A DNA stretch of 59,311 bases from an uncultured Anaerolineales bacterium. Lineage in GTDB: Bacteria; Chloroflexota; Anaerolineae; UBA4142. The notes under the pieces were generated by a model that saw nothing but the letters and a program-made list of their open reading frames with translations, did not search any database and had not been told where the DNA came from. The stretch is taken from contig CAIKBD010000150.1 of assembly GCA_903825565.1 (NCBI GenBank), forward strand, positions 1 to 59,311, given 5' to 3'. Below are positions 1-9,390 of the stretch, in pieces (the first letter of the stretch is position 1; the number at the start of each line of letters is the position of its first letter). Made by a program: the position numbers and the translations under genes.

Positions 1-1739
1 CCGAGCCGCACCACATATTTGCCCGGCGCGAGATCGCTGGGCAGGTTGAGCGTGAACATGTCGCGCACCATTTCGTGCGCCGCCCAGCGCGTCGTCGGGT
101 ACGCGCCCGCGCGCGGCTCGTGATCGTCCTGCGCGACGCGGAGCGCGCCGCCGATTTTTTCGAGATGCGCGAACGCGGTGTAGCGGCGCTCCGGTTGGCG
201 TTGCGCCTGCCACACCACCGTCAGATTTAAGGTCGCCGCGTTCAACGCCGCCGGTGGCGCGCTCCAACCGACCAGCGCGAACGTATCGCCAAACACGGCG
301 GGTTGCAAATGCGCGAGCGGCGCGGGCGTGTAAATTTCGTACTTGCCGATGCGTTGCGTGCGCGCGTAATAGCGATCCAAGTTGGAAACGAACTCGCGCG
401 TGAACCGGCGATAGTGATCCACATCCTCGCGCGTGCCTTGCTCCAAAACGACGAGCGGGAAAATGCCGGCGCGCAAGCCATTCAATTCCCAGGATTGATC
501 CCACTTGCCGCTGCGCGCGAGCGAACTGTACTGAAACGTGTAATACACTACGTCTTTGTCGCTCGTCGCCAACGCGCCCATATCTTCGGCGAGGATCATT
601 CCCGGCGTGCGGCGCAACAACGTTTCCAGTTCGCGGTTCGCCGGCAACTCGCGCGCGATCAAATCCGCCGCGATGCGCGGGTCGCGCCAGAACAAGCCGA
701 GTTGCAACAGGAGGAGCAACGCGTAAACCGGATCGCGGAATCCGCGCGGCAAATTGCCAAACGCCAGCACGCATAGGATCGCAATCGCTTCGAAAAAATA
801 ATTTTCCCACGCGCCGACCCTGCCCGCCATCGCCAGCGCGGCGAACGAAAGCACCGCGTAGATTTCCAGCACGCCGATTTTTTTCGCGCGCACGCGCGCG
901 CCCCAGTTCCACGCCGCCAGCGCGATCAGGATCGGAAACGTGAGCGCAAAATTTGTGAGGAGCGCGATCAGCTGTTCGAGCAGAAACACCGTCGCGTTCG
1001 ATTCGATCAAGCCGAAGGTAAAACCGCCGCGCGTGAGCCAATCGAGCGCGAGATAGATCGCGCCGCCGCTCGCGCCGAGCGCAACCGCAAAGCCGAGCGC
1101 GCGGCGTTTGTCACGGAGAGCCAGCGCAAAGAACGCGGCGACCGGCGCGGCGAAGAGCGTGTGCTTGGTATAGAGTGCAAGTAAAAAGCAACAAGTGAAA
1201 AGGAAAAAATAAATGCCGGGATGAAAACGACTGTTCGCGGTTTCGGCGCGTTCCCAGCGCCAGACAAAGTACACGCCGGCGAAGGCGAATCCCAGTCCCA
1301 GCAAGTCGGCGCGGAAGAGCGGAACCCAGTGGTAGATGTACGGCGCGGCGAGGAAGAACAACGCGGCGACCAACCCGGCGCGGCGCGCGCCCGTTTCGAC
1401 GCGGACGATGGCGTAAATCAGCGCGGCGACGATCAACGCGGCGGCGAAATTGAGGAGCCGCCCGCCCGCATAGCCATCGCCGAACAACGGCATCAGCGCG
1501 GCGGAGAGGAGCATCGCCAGCGGCGGATAATTGCTCGACGCGTACGGCAAACCCTCCAACCCCTTGTAGATCGTTTCTCCACGCGCCAGTTGTTGCGCGA
1601 ACCACAGCACAATGCCTTCGCCGTAATCGAGTTGGTACGGGTACGTTAGCCCCGCCCAGCCCAACCACAAGGTGCGCGCCCCATACATTCCGAGCGCGCC
1701 GGCAATACCGATCCACAAGACGCGGGTTTGAATTTTCAT
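1..1739 (-). CDS. Polytopic membrane protein, GT-C / PMT(ArnT)-like glycosyltransferase with soluble C-terminal domain; partial, C-terminus lies beyond the window start
   Basis: Manual minus-strand translation from ATG at 1739-1737 stays open to the window edge (MKIQTRVLWIGIAGALGMYG...PYASSNYPPLAMLLSAAL...). It has many hydrophobic helices, then a soluble tail (...AGAYPTTRWAAHEMVRDMFTLNLPSDLAPGKYVV). It is missing from the ORF track because it has no in-window stop. Confidence 0.7.
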   Translation of the reverse strand, partial: MKIQTRVLWIGIAGALGMYGARTLWLGWAGLTYPYQLDYGEGIVLWFAQQLARGETIYKGLEGLPYASSNYPPLAMLLSAALMPLFGDGYAGGRLLNFAAALIVAALIYAIVRVETGARRAGLVAALFFLAAPYIYHWVPLFRADLLGLGFAFAGVYFVWRWERAETANSRFHPGIYFFLFTCCFLLALYTKHTLFAAPVAAFFALALRDKRRALGFAVALGASGGAIYLALDWLTRGGFTFGLIESNATVFLLEQLIALLTNFALTFPILIALAAWNWGARVRAKKIGVLEIYAVLSFAALAMAGRVGAWENYFFEAIAILCVLAFGNLPRGFRDPVYALLLLLQLGLFWRDPRIAADLIARELPANRELETLLRRTPGMILAEDMGALATSDKDVVYYTFQYSSLARSGKWDQSWELNGLRAGIFPLVVLEQGTREDVDHYRRFTREFVSNLDRYYARTQRIGKYEIYTPAPLAHLQPAVFGDTFALVGWSAPPAALNAATLNLTVVWQAQRQPERRYTAFAHLEKIGGALRVAQDDHEPRAGAYPTTRWAAHEMVRDMFTLNLPSDLAPGKYVVRL

Positions 1740-1840
1740 CGCCGGTATCTTAGCAGAGGTCAACCGGCGCGTCAAACCAAACCTTGTCAAGCGCATCGTT
1801 TCCGGCTATAATGGGCGCACATTTCCAGTGAGGTACGCTT

Positions 1841-3208
1841 ATGATTTCGTCTGCTCGCCGTCGAGTGCTCTGGTTCATTTTGTTCGTCGCGCTCGTGCTG
1901 ACCGCTTGCGAAGCCGTCGAAGCCACCCCCGCGCCGCGCGCCACTTGGACGCCGCGCGCCATCACCACCGTCGTTATCGCTCCCGAACCCACCGTGCCGC
2001 CGACCGCTACACCCGAATCATCGCCCACGCCGCTCGTGGTCGCCAAATCGAACGCGCCGGTTTCGACCGGCACAAACCCGCCTGCCGCCACCGCGCCGGG
2101 CGCAACCGCCCCCGGCAGTGCACCCAAGCCAGCCGGCGCAATTCCCCAGGTGCCGGTCAACGATCCCTTGTTGCCGAAATTTGCGGCGTTTCCGCCACTG
2201 CCGATTCCCGCGCGCCCGGCAAACCTCAACCCGCTCACCGGCTTGCAAGCCGATCCGGCAATGTTGCAACGCCGCCCGATTGTCGCGCGCATCGGCAACG
2301 ATCAAAAAGTTCGCACCAGTTTTTGGCAAGCCGGCACCAATTCCGCCGACTTGGTCTTTGAAGAATTGATTGATATTCTAGGTAGCGCGTACGCACAGAC
2401 GCGCTATTCCGCCGTGTATCTCAGCAACGATCCGCCGCTCATTGGGCCCATTCGTAGCGGGCGCATCATCAACTTTCAAATGGTGGCGATGCTCGACGGC
2501 GCGCTCGCCAACGCCGGCGCGAGCAACGGCACACGCTGGCTCTTTTCGCAATCGCCGATGATCAACCTCGACGAATATTTTAATATGCCGGCGTACTGCT
2601 ACAACAAGTCGCACGGCTACCAGGGGCGGCTGTACACCACCGCGCCGCGCATCCGCGAATGGTTGCAGAAAAAGGGCTGGGAAGCGTCCGTGCCGCTGTA
2701 CGGCTTTACCTTTGCGGAGCGCGTGACCGGCGGGCAACCCATCGCCAGCGTGGGCATGAGCAAACTGCCGTGGCCCTCGTGGAGCCAGGCGACGTGGCGG
2801 TACGACGCCGCCAGCGGCAGATATTTGCGCTTTAACAGCGGCGAGCCGCAAATGGACAACTCGTACACCGTCACCGCCAAGTGGGGCAACGGCGCAGATT
2901 GTATCCCAACGAGCAAAGAAGTGATGACCCAGGTCAGCACCGCGAACGTCGTCGTGTTGTACGCGCGGCACGAAAAAACGAGCATCATCGAAGACTCGAA
3001 CAACGCCGTGTCGGTGTACATTCCATTGACCGGGCAAGGCGACGCGCAGATTTTCCGCGACGGCGTGATGCTCGCCGGCAAATGGCAACGCCGCAGTGAG
3101 CAAGAGTTTTTCAAATTCACCGATGCCAACGGCAACGTCATTCCGCTCAAACCCGGCAACACCTGGTTCGAGATCGTGCCGGTGGGCTATCAACTCGATC
3201 TGAAATAA
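1841..3208 (+). CDS. DUF3048 (YerB-like) lipoprotein
   Basis: 455-aa ORF. Lipobox-like signal (FVALVLTAC), Pro/Thr-rich linker, then a DUF3048-like core (IVARIGNDQKVRTSFWQAGTNSADLVFEELI...GPIRSGRIINFQ). Confidence 0.8.
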   Translation: MISSARRRVLWFILFVALVLTACEAVEATPAPRATWTPRAITTVVIAPEPTVPPTATPESSPTPLVVAKSNAPVSTGTNPPAATAPGATAPGSAPKPAGAIPQVPVNDPLLPKFAAFPPLPIPARPANLNPLTGLQADPAMLQRRPIVARIGNDQKVRTSFWQAGTNSADLVFEELIDILGSAYAQTRYSAVYLSNDPPLIGPIRSGRIINFQMVAMLDGALANAGASNGTRWLFSQSPMINLDEYFNMPAYCYNKSHGYQGRLYTTAPRIREWLQKKGWEASVPLYGFTFAERVTGGQPIASVGMSKLPWPSWSQATWRYDAASGRYLRFNSGEPQMDNSYTVTAKWGNGADCIPTSKEVMTQVSTANVVVLYARHEKTSIIEDSNNAVSVYIPLTGQGDAQIFRDGVMLAGKWQRRSEQEFFKFTDANGNVIPLKPGNTWFEIVPVGYQLDLK

Positions 3209-3262
3209 CCATGCGCCGCGAATCGGAATGATTCGCGGCGCGCGAATCCGCGAGCCAAGACG

Positions 3263-4618
3263 ATGGACCCAGTTCCCGAACAAACTGCCGCGCCCAATTT
3301 TTATCTGATCGGCTTGATCGGCAATCTCGGTAGCGGCAAAAGTACTGTCCGCAAAATGCTCGAACAACTCGGCGCGCGCGGCATTGACGCCGATGCGCTT
3401 GCACACGTCGTCACCCAGCGCGGTTCGCCGGCGTGGCGCAAGATCGTGGCGACGTTCGGCGCTGACGTGCTGACCTACAACGGGCGGATTGATCGGCGGC
3501 AATTGGGCAAGCGCGTGTTTGCCGAAACGGATGCGCTACAAAAACTCGAAGCGATTGTGCACCCAGCGGTCGGCGCGCTCACCAAAGAAATATTGCGCGA
3601 CATCGCCGCGCCGGTCGTCGTGCTCGAAGCGATCAAATTGGTCGAAGCCGGTATGGCGCAATGGTGCGACGCGTTGTGGGCAGTCACCTGCGACACCGAA
3701 ACGCAAATCGAACGCGTCACGCGCACACGCCCGCTCAGCGATGCGGACGCGCGGACGCGGCTGGCCGTTCAAGGATCGCTGGCGAACAAGTTAAAGTTGG
3801 CGACCGTCGTCATTGATAACAGCGGCAACGAAGCGGCAACGCGCACTCAGGTCGCACAAGCGTGGAACGCGCTACGCGGCGCAACCGGGCGCGATAAAAC
3901 CGAATGGCTTGTCGGCGCGCCGCGCGTTGCGCCAAAACTACCGCCGCCAATCCCCGCACTCAGGTCCGAAGACGCGCCGACGGTGATTATGCCCGCGCCG
4001 CTAGTCGCGCCGCCGCCCACTCTCGAATGGACGCCGGTGCCCGCGCCCGTCGAGCCGCCAACACTCAAGCCCACGCCGCCCAGCATCGAAGCCGAGCCGC
4101 CGCCCACCGCCCCGCCCAAGTCAGCGGCGGAATTTGAAGTGCGCCGCACGCGGCGCAGCGATCTGGATGCGCTGGCGCTCGCCTTGGCAAAACGCGAAGG
4201 CAAGCCGCAGCCCCTAGCACGCGAAGAAGCCCTCCAACGCTTTGGCGAGCGCGGCTATCGCATCGCGATCAGCGAGGGGCACATTGTAGCATTCGCCGCG
4301 TGGGAAGCCGAGAACTTGGTCGCCACCGTCCGCGAGGTATGGGCGGAATCGAGTTACATCGCGCTGTTGGTGTTGCCCAAATTGTTTGCGCTGATCGAAG
4401 AAGAAGCACGCGGGCTATTGTGCGAAATCGTCCTCGTCTTTGTCGAAAATTCCGCGCCCCTGTTCATCAACGAACAAGTTCGCGGCGTGGGATACAGCAT
4501 CGCTGATCTCAATTCGTTGCATCCCATGTGGCGGCAGATCGCGCAAGACCGGCTCAAACCCGGCGAGCGCATTTGGGCGAAACGCTTGCGCGAAGAACTG
4601 ATCACCAAGCCGGTGTAA
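3263..4618 (+). CDS. coaE: Dephospho-CoA kinase fused through a Pro-rich linker to a C-terminal GNAT-like domain
   Basis: N-terminus has the CoaE P-loop (IGLIGNLGSGKSTV...GIDADALAHVV). There is a ~70-aa Pro-rich linker. The C-terminal ~170 aa (FEVRRTRRSDLDAL...IVAFAAWEAEN...) looks acetyltransferase-like. Confidence 0.8.
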   Translation: MDPVPEQTAAPNFYLIGLIGNLGSGKSTVRKMLEQLGARGIDADALAHVVTQRGSPAWRKIVATFGADVLTYNGRIDRRQLGKRVFAETDALQKLEAIVHPAVGALTKEILRDIAAPVVVLEAIKLVEAGMAQWCDALWAVTCDTETQIERVTRTRPLSDADARTRLAVQGSLANKLKLATVVIDNSGNEAATRTQVAQAWNALRGATGRDKTEWLVGAPRVAPKLPPPIPALRSEDAPTVIMPAPLVAPPPTLEWTPVPAPVEPPTLKPTPPSIEAEPPPTAPPKSAAEFEVRRTRRSDLDALALALAKREGKPQPLAREEALQRFGERGYRIAISEGHIVAFAAWEAENLVATVREVWAESSYIALLVLPKLFALIEEEARGLLCEIVLVFVENSAPLFINEQVRGVGYSIADLNSLHPMWRQIAQDRLKPGERIWAKRLREELITKPV

Positions 4619-4712
4619 CCCGGCAAGTCCATTGGCGCACACGGAAAATAAATTGCCGCCGGCACAAGAGAGCGCGCTGTGCCAGCGGCAAATTATTGGA
4701 GAATGAATCGAG

Positions 4713-4931
4713 ATGGCTGGATTGAAAGATTTTTCGCAACGTCACCCACGCTTGGTCGCGTGGATCGCTTTGGCAATTGGCATGGTCGTGATCTTGCTCT
4801 GGTCCGCCCGCGATGTGGGTTTACTGCCAACCCAACTGGGCGCGCTGGTGATCGCCACCATTGCGCTCGCCGGGTTGTGTGTGTGGATCATCGGCTGGGA
4901 GGACAGTGCCGATGATGCCAACGTTTCTTAG
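4713..4931 (+). CDS. Small two-helix membrane protein
   Basis: 72-aa ORF with two hydrophobic segments (LVAWIALAIGMVVILLW; ALVIATIALAGLCVWIIGW). Its stop overlaps the convergent stop of the next gene. Confidence 0.5.
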   Translation: MAGLKDFSQRHPRLVAWIALAIGMVVILLWSARDVGLLPTQLGALVIATIALAGLCVWIIGWEDSADDANVS

Positions 4932-5974
4932 CGACACGTGAAATAGTCGCGCCCGACACCCTGGACTGCGCCCCAGAATCCAAACACTTCGATCGAGACC
5001 ATCATATTTGGATACTGACACCCGATCTCAAAACTGAACGAGGACTTGCCTTGCCCGTCCGTGGCTAGCAACGGGAAAAAGCGTTCGCCGGTTTGAGAGC
5101 GCACAATCGCGTACAGCGCCGCGTTCGGCACGCGCTTGCCGGTTTGATCGTCTACCGTCACGGACACGAATTGCGGGCCCGTGCGCGCCGTGTCACGCGT
5201 TTGCACATGCGCTTGAATTTGCAAAGCGGTGATACGGTTCAACTGGTTTTGCGGATCGAACGGCGTGTAGGGCGCAATGGTGGGCGTACTGCCCGCATTC
5301 GCAACGCGATCACACCAATCGCTCGGCATCTTGACGCGCGGCTTGAAATCTGCCGCATACAATTTGTCGAGCACGATTTGACCGACAGAACTGGGGCGCA
5401 CCTTGTTCGCGCTGTTATCGGCAGGGTCCCACACCAGGCGTTGCCGCTGAAAGTACTGGACGAAACTGCCGGCTTCGAAACGCAAACCGGTCAGCGGGAA
5501 ACCAAAAACATCCACGCCGCCGTTTTTATCAAAGTACTCTTTGATGGCGAACGAGATTACTTGGCCCGTTTCGGGAAAGTACCGAAAGTTAGGGTTGCCC
5601 GCCGGCGGAATGGCGCGCGGATCAATCGGCGGATCCATCATGTTGAACTGCTCGCCCAAAAGCCCCAGCAACACGCGATAGGGTTCCGGGTTTTCGGGAT
5701 GCAGTTCGAGGCGTCCTAGTTGAAAGTATTGGACGACGTGCCCCTTTTCCCAGAACGCTTCCGTGAGAGGTAAACCCAGGTTCGCTGTGCCGTTATGGGA
5801 CAAGTAGAACGCCAAGAATACGCCGTGCACGTTATGCCCGGTTTCAGCAAAATGCAAACAGCGCGCCGTTGACGAACTTTGTGCCCAAGCAACTGTGCTG
5901 GGCGCCCCCAACCCAGCCACCAAGACGACACCCATTAACATGACCCGTAGGTGTTTCATAGCCATTTCTCCCAT
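4928..5974 (-). CDS. Secreted protein with internal repeats (unknown function)
   Basis: 348-aa ORF with a signal peptide (MKHLRVMLMGVVLVAGLGAPSTVAWA). A repeated motif G.P.T......G..VQYFQ...L appears twice or more. The start may be the ATG at 5959, preceded by GGGAGA. Confidence 0.7.
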   Translation of the reverse strand: MGEMAMKHLRVMLMGVVLVAGLGAPSTVAWAQSSSTARCLHFAETGHNVHGVFLAFYLSHNGTANLGLPLTEAFWEKGHVVQYFQLGRLELHPENPEPYRVLLGLLGEQFNMMDPPIDPRAIPPAGNPNFRYFPETGQVISFAIKEYFDKNGGVDVFGFPLTGLRFEAGSFVQYFQRQRLVWDPADNSANKVRPSSVGQIVLDKLYAADFKPRVKMPSDWCDRVANAGSTPTIAPYTPFDPQNQLNRITALQIQAHVQTRDTARTGPQFVSVTVDDQTGKRVPNAALYAIVRSQTGERFFPLLATDGQGKSSFSFEIGCQYPNMMVSIEVFGFWGAVQGVGRDYFTCR

Positions 5975-6455
5975 CCCCCCACACTACGATCATACACTAT
6001 TTCTCCATTGAACGCAAACGATAACCGCTTGGGCACAAATGATTGCGAAGAGATTCCGGAATTTCTTTCGCAGAGGCGGAGCCGAATGCGCTGAGTCAGT
6101 ATCAGTTGAAACACACAGCACAAGGGTCTGCCTTGACCGCATAACGCAGTAAAGACAGACCCTCACAAACGAGTTCCATCTCGACTTCGGTAGCTCGGCG
6201 ATCTTGGCAAAATGTTTTGCGTTAGACCCGTAGCTTTGCGTCCCCGCCTTTCGATGGGTTTGCCTTTATCGGTGATCTTGCACATTCATTATAGCGCGGA
6301 CATCCGTGGTTCGCAATAGTACGCAAGTATTTGTCACAAAGTCAGAACGCGTGATCGAGCAGGAACTCAATCAGGTGCAAGCAAATTTGATAGTTACTAA
6401 CATCGAACAAACACCCATAACGCGCCAATCCAATCGAACCTGAACAACAAGTACC

Positions 6456-6893
6456 ATGCGTTTGCAACAATTTCAAATCCAACTCGTCGAAAAAACTCGC
6501 CGTCACCTGCCGCGCGCGCTGAAAGATTTTGAGCCGCGCGCATTTTTCACGCTTGTCAAAGTTTTTTACCGGCAACCCAAACTGCATTACGAAGTATGGG
6601 TGCGCGGCAAAGATCGGTTAATCGAAGTCGGGTTGCACCTCGAAGCCGATCCGGCGACGAACGATGCGCTCCTCGCGTATTTCGAGTCGCGCGCCGTCGA
6701 AATTCACGCCGCGTTAGGCGCACGCGTCGAAATCGAACGCTGGACGCATACGTGGTGCCGCGTCCACGAGATCGTGCCATACGAAACGCTCGACACCGCG
6801 CTCGCAGAGACGGTTGCCAAAAAATTGACGCGCATGATCACCATCCTACAACCGATGCTTGAAGCGACGGACGAGTACGCCCGCGGACACTAG
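6456..6893 (+). CDS. Hypothetical cytoplasmic protein
   Basis: 145-aa ORF with protein-like composition. I do not recognise a family and see no obvious SD. Confidence 0.55.
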   Translation: MRLQQFQIQLVEKTRRHLPRALKDFEPRAFFTLVKVFYRQPKLHYEVWVRGKDRLIEVGLHLEADPATNDALLAYFESRAVEIHAALGARVEIERWTHTWCRVHEIVPYETLDTALAETVAKKLTRMITILQPMLEATDEYARGH

Positions 6894-6926
6894 AGACGCT
6901 TCACCGCAACGTCTCAGCGTTGACGC

Positions 6927-8192
6927 TTATTTCTTGTCCCAGGAAAATTTGCGCGTAAAGATCGGAATTTTTTTCACTTCGGCAATGGTCAGCGTGCGCT
7001 CGCCTTCAAACGAATCGTACCACGCCGCACCTTCCATCGCGCCCGCCAAAATCCAGGGACAAAACGCGAACAGATAATCGGGCAAGGGTTTGCCATCCGA
7101 CAACTTGCCGTCCAGAAACCAGCGAAACACTTCGACGTGGTACTTGGCGTGCAACTTGTCGTCCACCGTCGGAAAGCGATTGTCTTCGCCCGCCTTGAAT
7201 TTCCAACCGCCTTCGCCGGCAATGAACGGCGGCACAAACCCAATCTCTTGCTGAAACACATCCGCAAACCCGCGGAAGCCGAGCACGCTGACATCATCCT
7301 CGACATAGTTCGGCGGATGGTTGACGCCGTACGGATGCGGCACAAAAAACATGCGCCCGAAAATGCGGTCGCCCTTTTGCGCCTTGATCGTTTGCAACAC
7401 GACGCGCAACCATTCTTCGTCTAGCACCTGAATCCCGACGAAACCGCCGGCGTTGTACAGGTCTTTGGCGGCTTGGACGAAATACGCGACCCACTGCTCG
7501 CGGTTGATCTCGCGCCCATCCCATTCTTCGCCGGTGTCCGGCTCGTTGTAAATTTGAAAGTACGGCGGCAAGCCCGCATCCTTCAAAATTTGAATATCAC
7601 GATCCCAGGCATAGTAGCGTTGGTACGCGCGCAACATCCGCCGCCACACGGGCACCACGCCCGCCGCTTTGAATTGCGCCGCCGCAAGCCGCAATTGATT
7701 TTCATCCGAGTAAATCGCCAGCACCCACCGCGCTTGCAAATCCTTCAAACGGGGAATTTGAATTTCAAAATCGCGCGCCGAAAAATAACCCGTCGGCAAA
7801 AAGTGGAAACAGCGCCCATTATCATTCGCGGGGCGTTGCCAGTCGCGCAACGTCAGCGCGGGTAAATCGGTGCGGAGCGGTAGCGCCGGCGGAGCGGTAG
7901 GCGTGGGCAACAGCGTCGGGGTTGAACTCGCGGCGGGCAGTGGAAGCGCCAGCGATGGCATCGGGCTAGCCGTTGGCAGGGAGTACGTTGCCGGGGCGGT
8001 CGCGGCAATGGCTGAGATCAGTGGTGTGGGAGTCGGCAATACCGGAATCGCAACGGCGCGCATCGGCGTTTCGGTTTGGTTGAGACCGACCACCTCGCGC
8101 AAAACAACCTGGGGCGAACACGCCAAGAGCGCAATCACACTTAGCGCGAACGCCGCCACCATGCGGTTCGAACGTTTTTGCATTTCACCCAT
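6927..8192 (-). CDS. Secreted lipoprotein, possibly glycoside-hydrolase-like (TIM barrel)
   Basis: 421-aa ORF with a lipobox (SVIALLACS) and a Pro/Thr/Ala linker. The core contains FQIYNEPD, which resembles the clan GH-A catalytic NEP motif. The functional call is weak. Confidence 0.65.
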   Translation of the reverse strand: MGEMQKRSNRMVAAFALSVIALLACSPQVVLREVVGLNQTETPMRAVAIPVLPTPTPLISAIAATAPATYSLPTASPMPSLALPLPAASSTPTLLPTPTAPPALPLRTDLPALTLRDWQRPANDNGRCFHFLPTGYFSARDFEIQIPRLKDLQARWVLAIYSDENQLRLAAAQFKAAGVVPVWRRMLRAYQRYYAWDRDIQILKDAGLPPYFQIYNEPDTGEEWDGREINREQWVAYFVQAAKDLYNAGGFVGIQVLDEEWLRVVLQTIKAQKGDRIFGRMFFVPHPYGVNHPPNYVEDDVSVLGFRGFADVFQQEIGFVPPFIAGEGGWKFKAGEDNRFPTVDDKLHAKYHVEVFRWFLDGKLSDGKPLPDYLFAFCPWILAGAMEGAAWYDSFEGERTLTIAEVKKIPIFTRKFSWDKK

Positions 8193-8290
8193 CCTTTCGT
8201 AACGCCATTATAGGTGGGTTTGCCTGACGGCACAAGTCATTGAAAGCGACACGCGCGTGTGTTATAATGCCGCTAACGAGCGAGGTGACG

Positions 8291-9043
8291 ATGAGCGCAG
8301 AAATTTTTCTCGGCACGCAGGGCTGGGCATACAAATCCTGGGTCGGATCATTCTATCCGGCGGGGACGCCCTCCGGTAATTTTCTCGCCGAGTACGCCCA
8401 GCGCTTTGCCGTGATCGAAATTGACAGCACGTACTATGGCACGCCGCGCGCGCACAGCGTCGAACAGTGGCGCGCCGCCGTCCCCGCCGATTTTCGCTTT
8501 ACCGCGAAATTTCCGCAAACGATCACGCACGCCAAAATGTTGACGGACGCGGAACGCGAGACGCAAGAATTTCTCGCCGTGATGGCGTTGCTCGGCGATA
8601 AACTGGGTCCGCTCCTGTTACAATTTCCGTCCACGTTCAAAGCCGCACAGTCGGCAACCCTCGCCCGCTACCTCGCCGGGTTGCCCACCCAGTTTCGCTA
8701 CGCCGTTGAGGTGCGCGACCGCGCTTGGTTGCGCGAACCGTTCTTCGATCTTTTGGCGCAACACCGCGTCGCCTACGCCCTGTCCGATTACGGCGACCTG
8801 CCGCGCGTGGCGCGCGCGACCACCGATTTCGCGTACGTGCGCTTGCTCGGCAATCGCCAGCAGATCGCCGATGCGCAATTTGATCGCGTGCGGCTGAACC
8901 GCGACGCCGACCTGGAGCGCTGGGGCAAACTAATCCGCGAATTGCACGCGCAAGGCGTAACCGTGTGGGGCTTTGTCAACAATCACTACCAGGGCCACTC
9001 ACCCGCCACCGTGCGCGCATTGAGGGAGCGAATTTTCGTATGA
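8291..9043 (+). CDS. DUF72 (UPF0759, YecE-like) protein
   Basis: MSAEIFLGTQGWAYKSWVGSFYP...EIDSTYYG...FRFTAKFPQTITH is typical of DUF72. ATG 8291 is preceded by GAGGTGA. The ORF track extends to a TTG at 8240. Confidence 0.8.
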   Translation: MSAEIFLGTQGWAYKSWVGSFYPAGTPSGNFLAEYAQRFAVIEIDSTYYGTPRAHSVEQWRAAVPADFRFTAKFPQTITHAKMLTDAERETQEFLAVMALLGDKLGPLLLQFPSTFKAAQSATLARYLAGLPTQFRYAVEVRDRAWLREPFFDLLAQHRVAYALSDYGDLPRVARATTDFAYVRLLGNRQQIADAQFDRVRLNRDADLERWGKLIRELHAQGVTVWGFVNNHYQGHSPATVRALRERIFV

Positions 9044-9390
9044 TGGCATTGGAAAAACGACGCGAGCCGCGCGTGCAAGCCGCGTATCAAATCACGTTCG
9101 AATGTTTTCGCGCGGGCGCAAAAATCAGCGAGGGCGTAGCGCATACCGTCAACCTCAGCGAGCACGGCGCGTTGATCGAAATGCCCTGCGCGATTGGGGT
9201 GGACTCGACTTTGATCTTGTGGATTTCCGCGCCGTTTTATACCCTGTTGCTTCAGGGCGATGTCGTGCACGCACACCCCGAAGCGAACGGCGTGTTCCGG
9301 ATCGGCGTGCATCTCACCGATGTCATCGAAGGCAACTGGGATCATTTGAAACGCGATGTGCTCATGCGCTTGGAGGACGAACTCGAATGA
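9040..9390 (+). CDS. PilZ-domain protein
   Basis: MMALEKRREPRVQ...HTVNLSEHGALIE matches the PilZ RxxxR / D.S..G signature. Its ATG overlaps the DUF72 stop (ATGA). Confidence 0.7.
   Translation: MMALEKRREPRVQAAYQITFECFRAGAKISEGVAHTVNLSEHGALIEMPCAIGVDSTLILWISAPFYTLLLQGDVVHAHPEANGVFRIGVHLTDVIEGNWDHLKRDVLMRLEDELE

Noticed and set aside
6342-6587. 81-aa minus-strand ORF in the low-GC gap
   Set aside because: It overlaps the start of the better-supported plus-strand gene at 6456. It has no SD and an odd Cys/Leu-rich composition.
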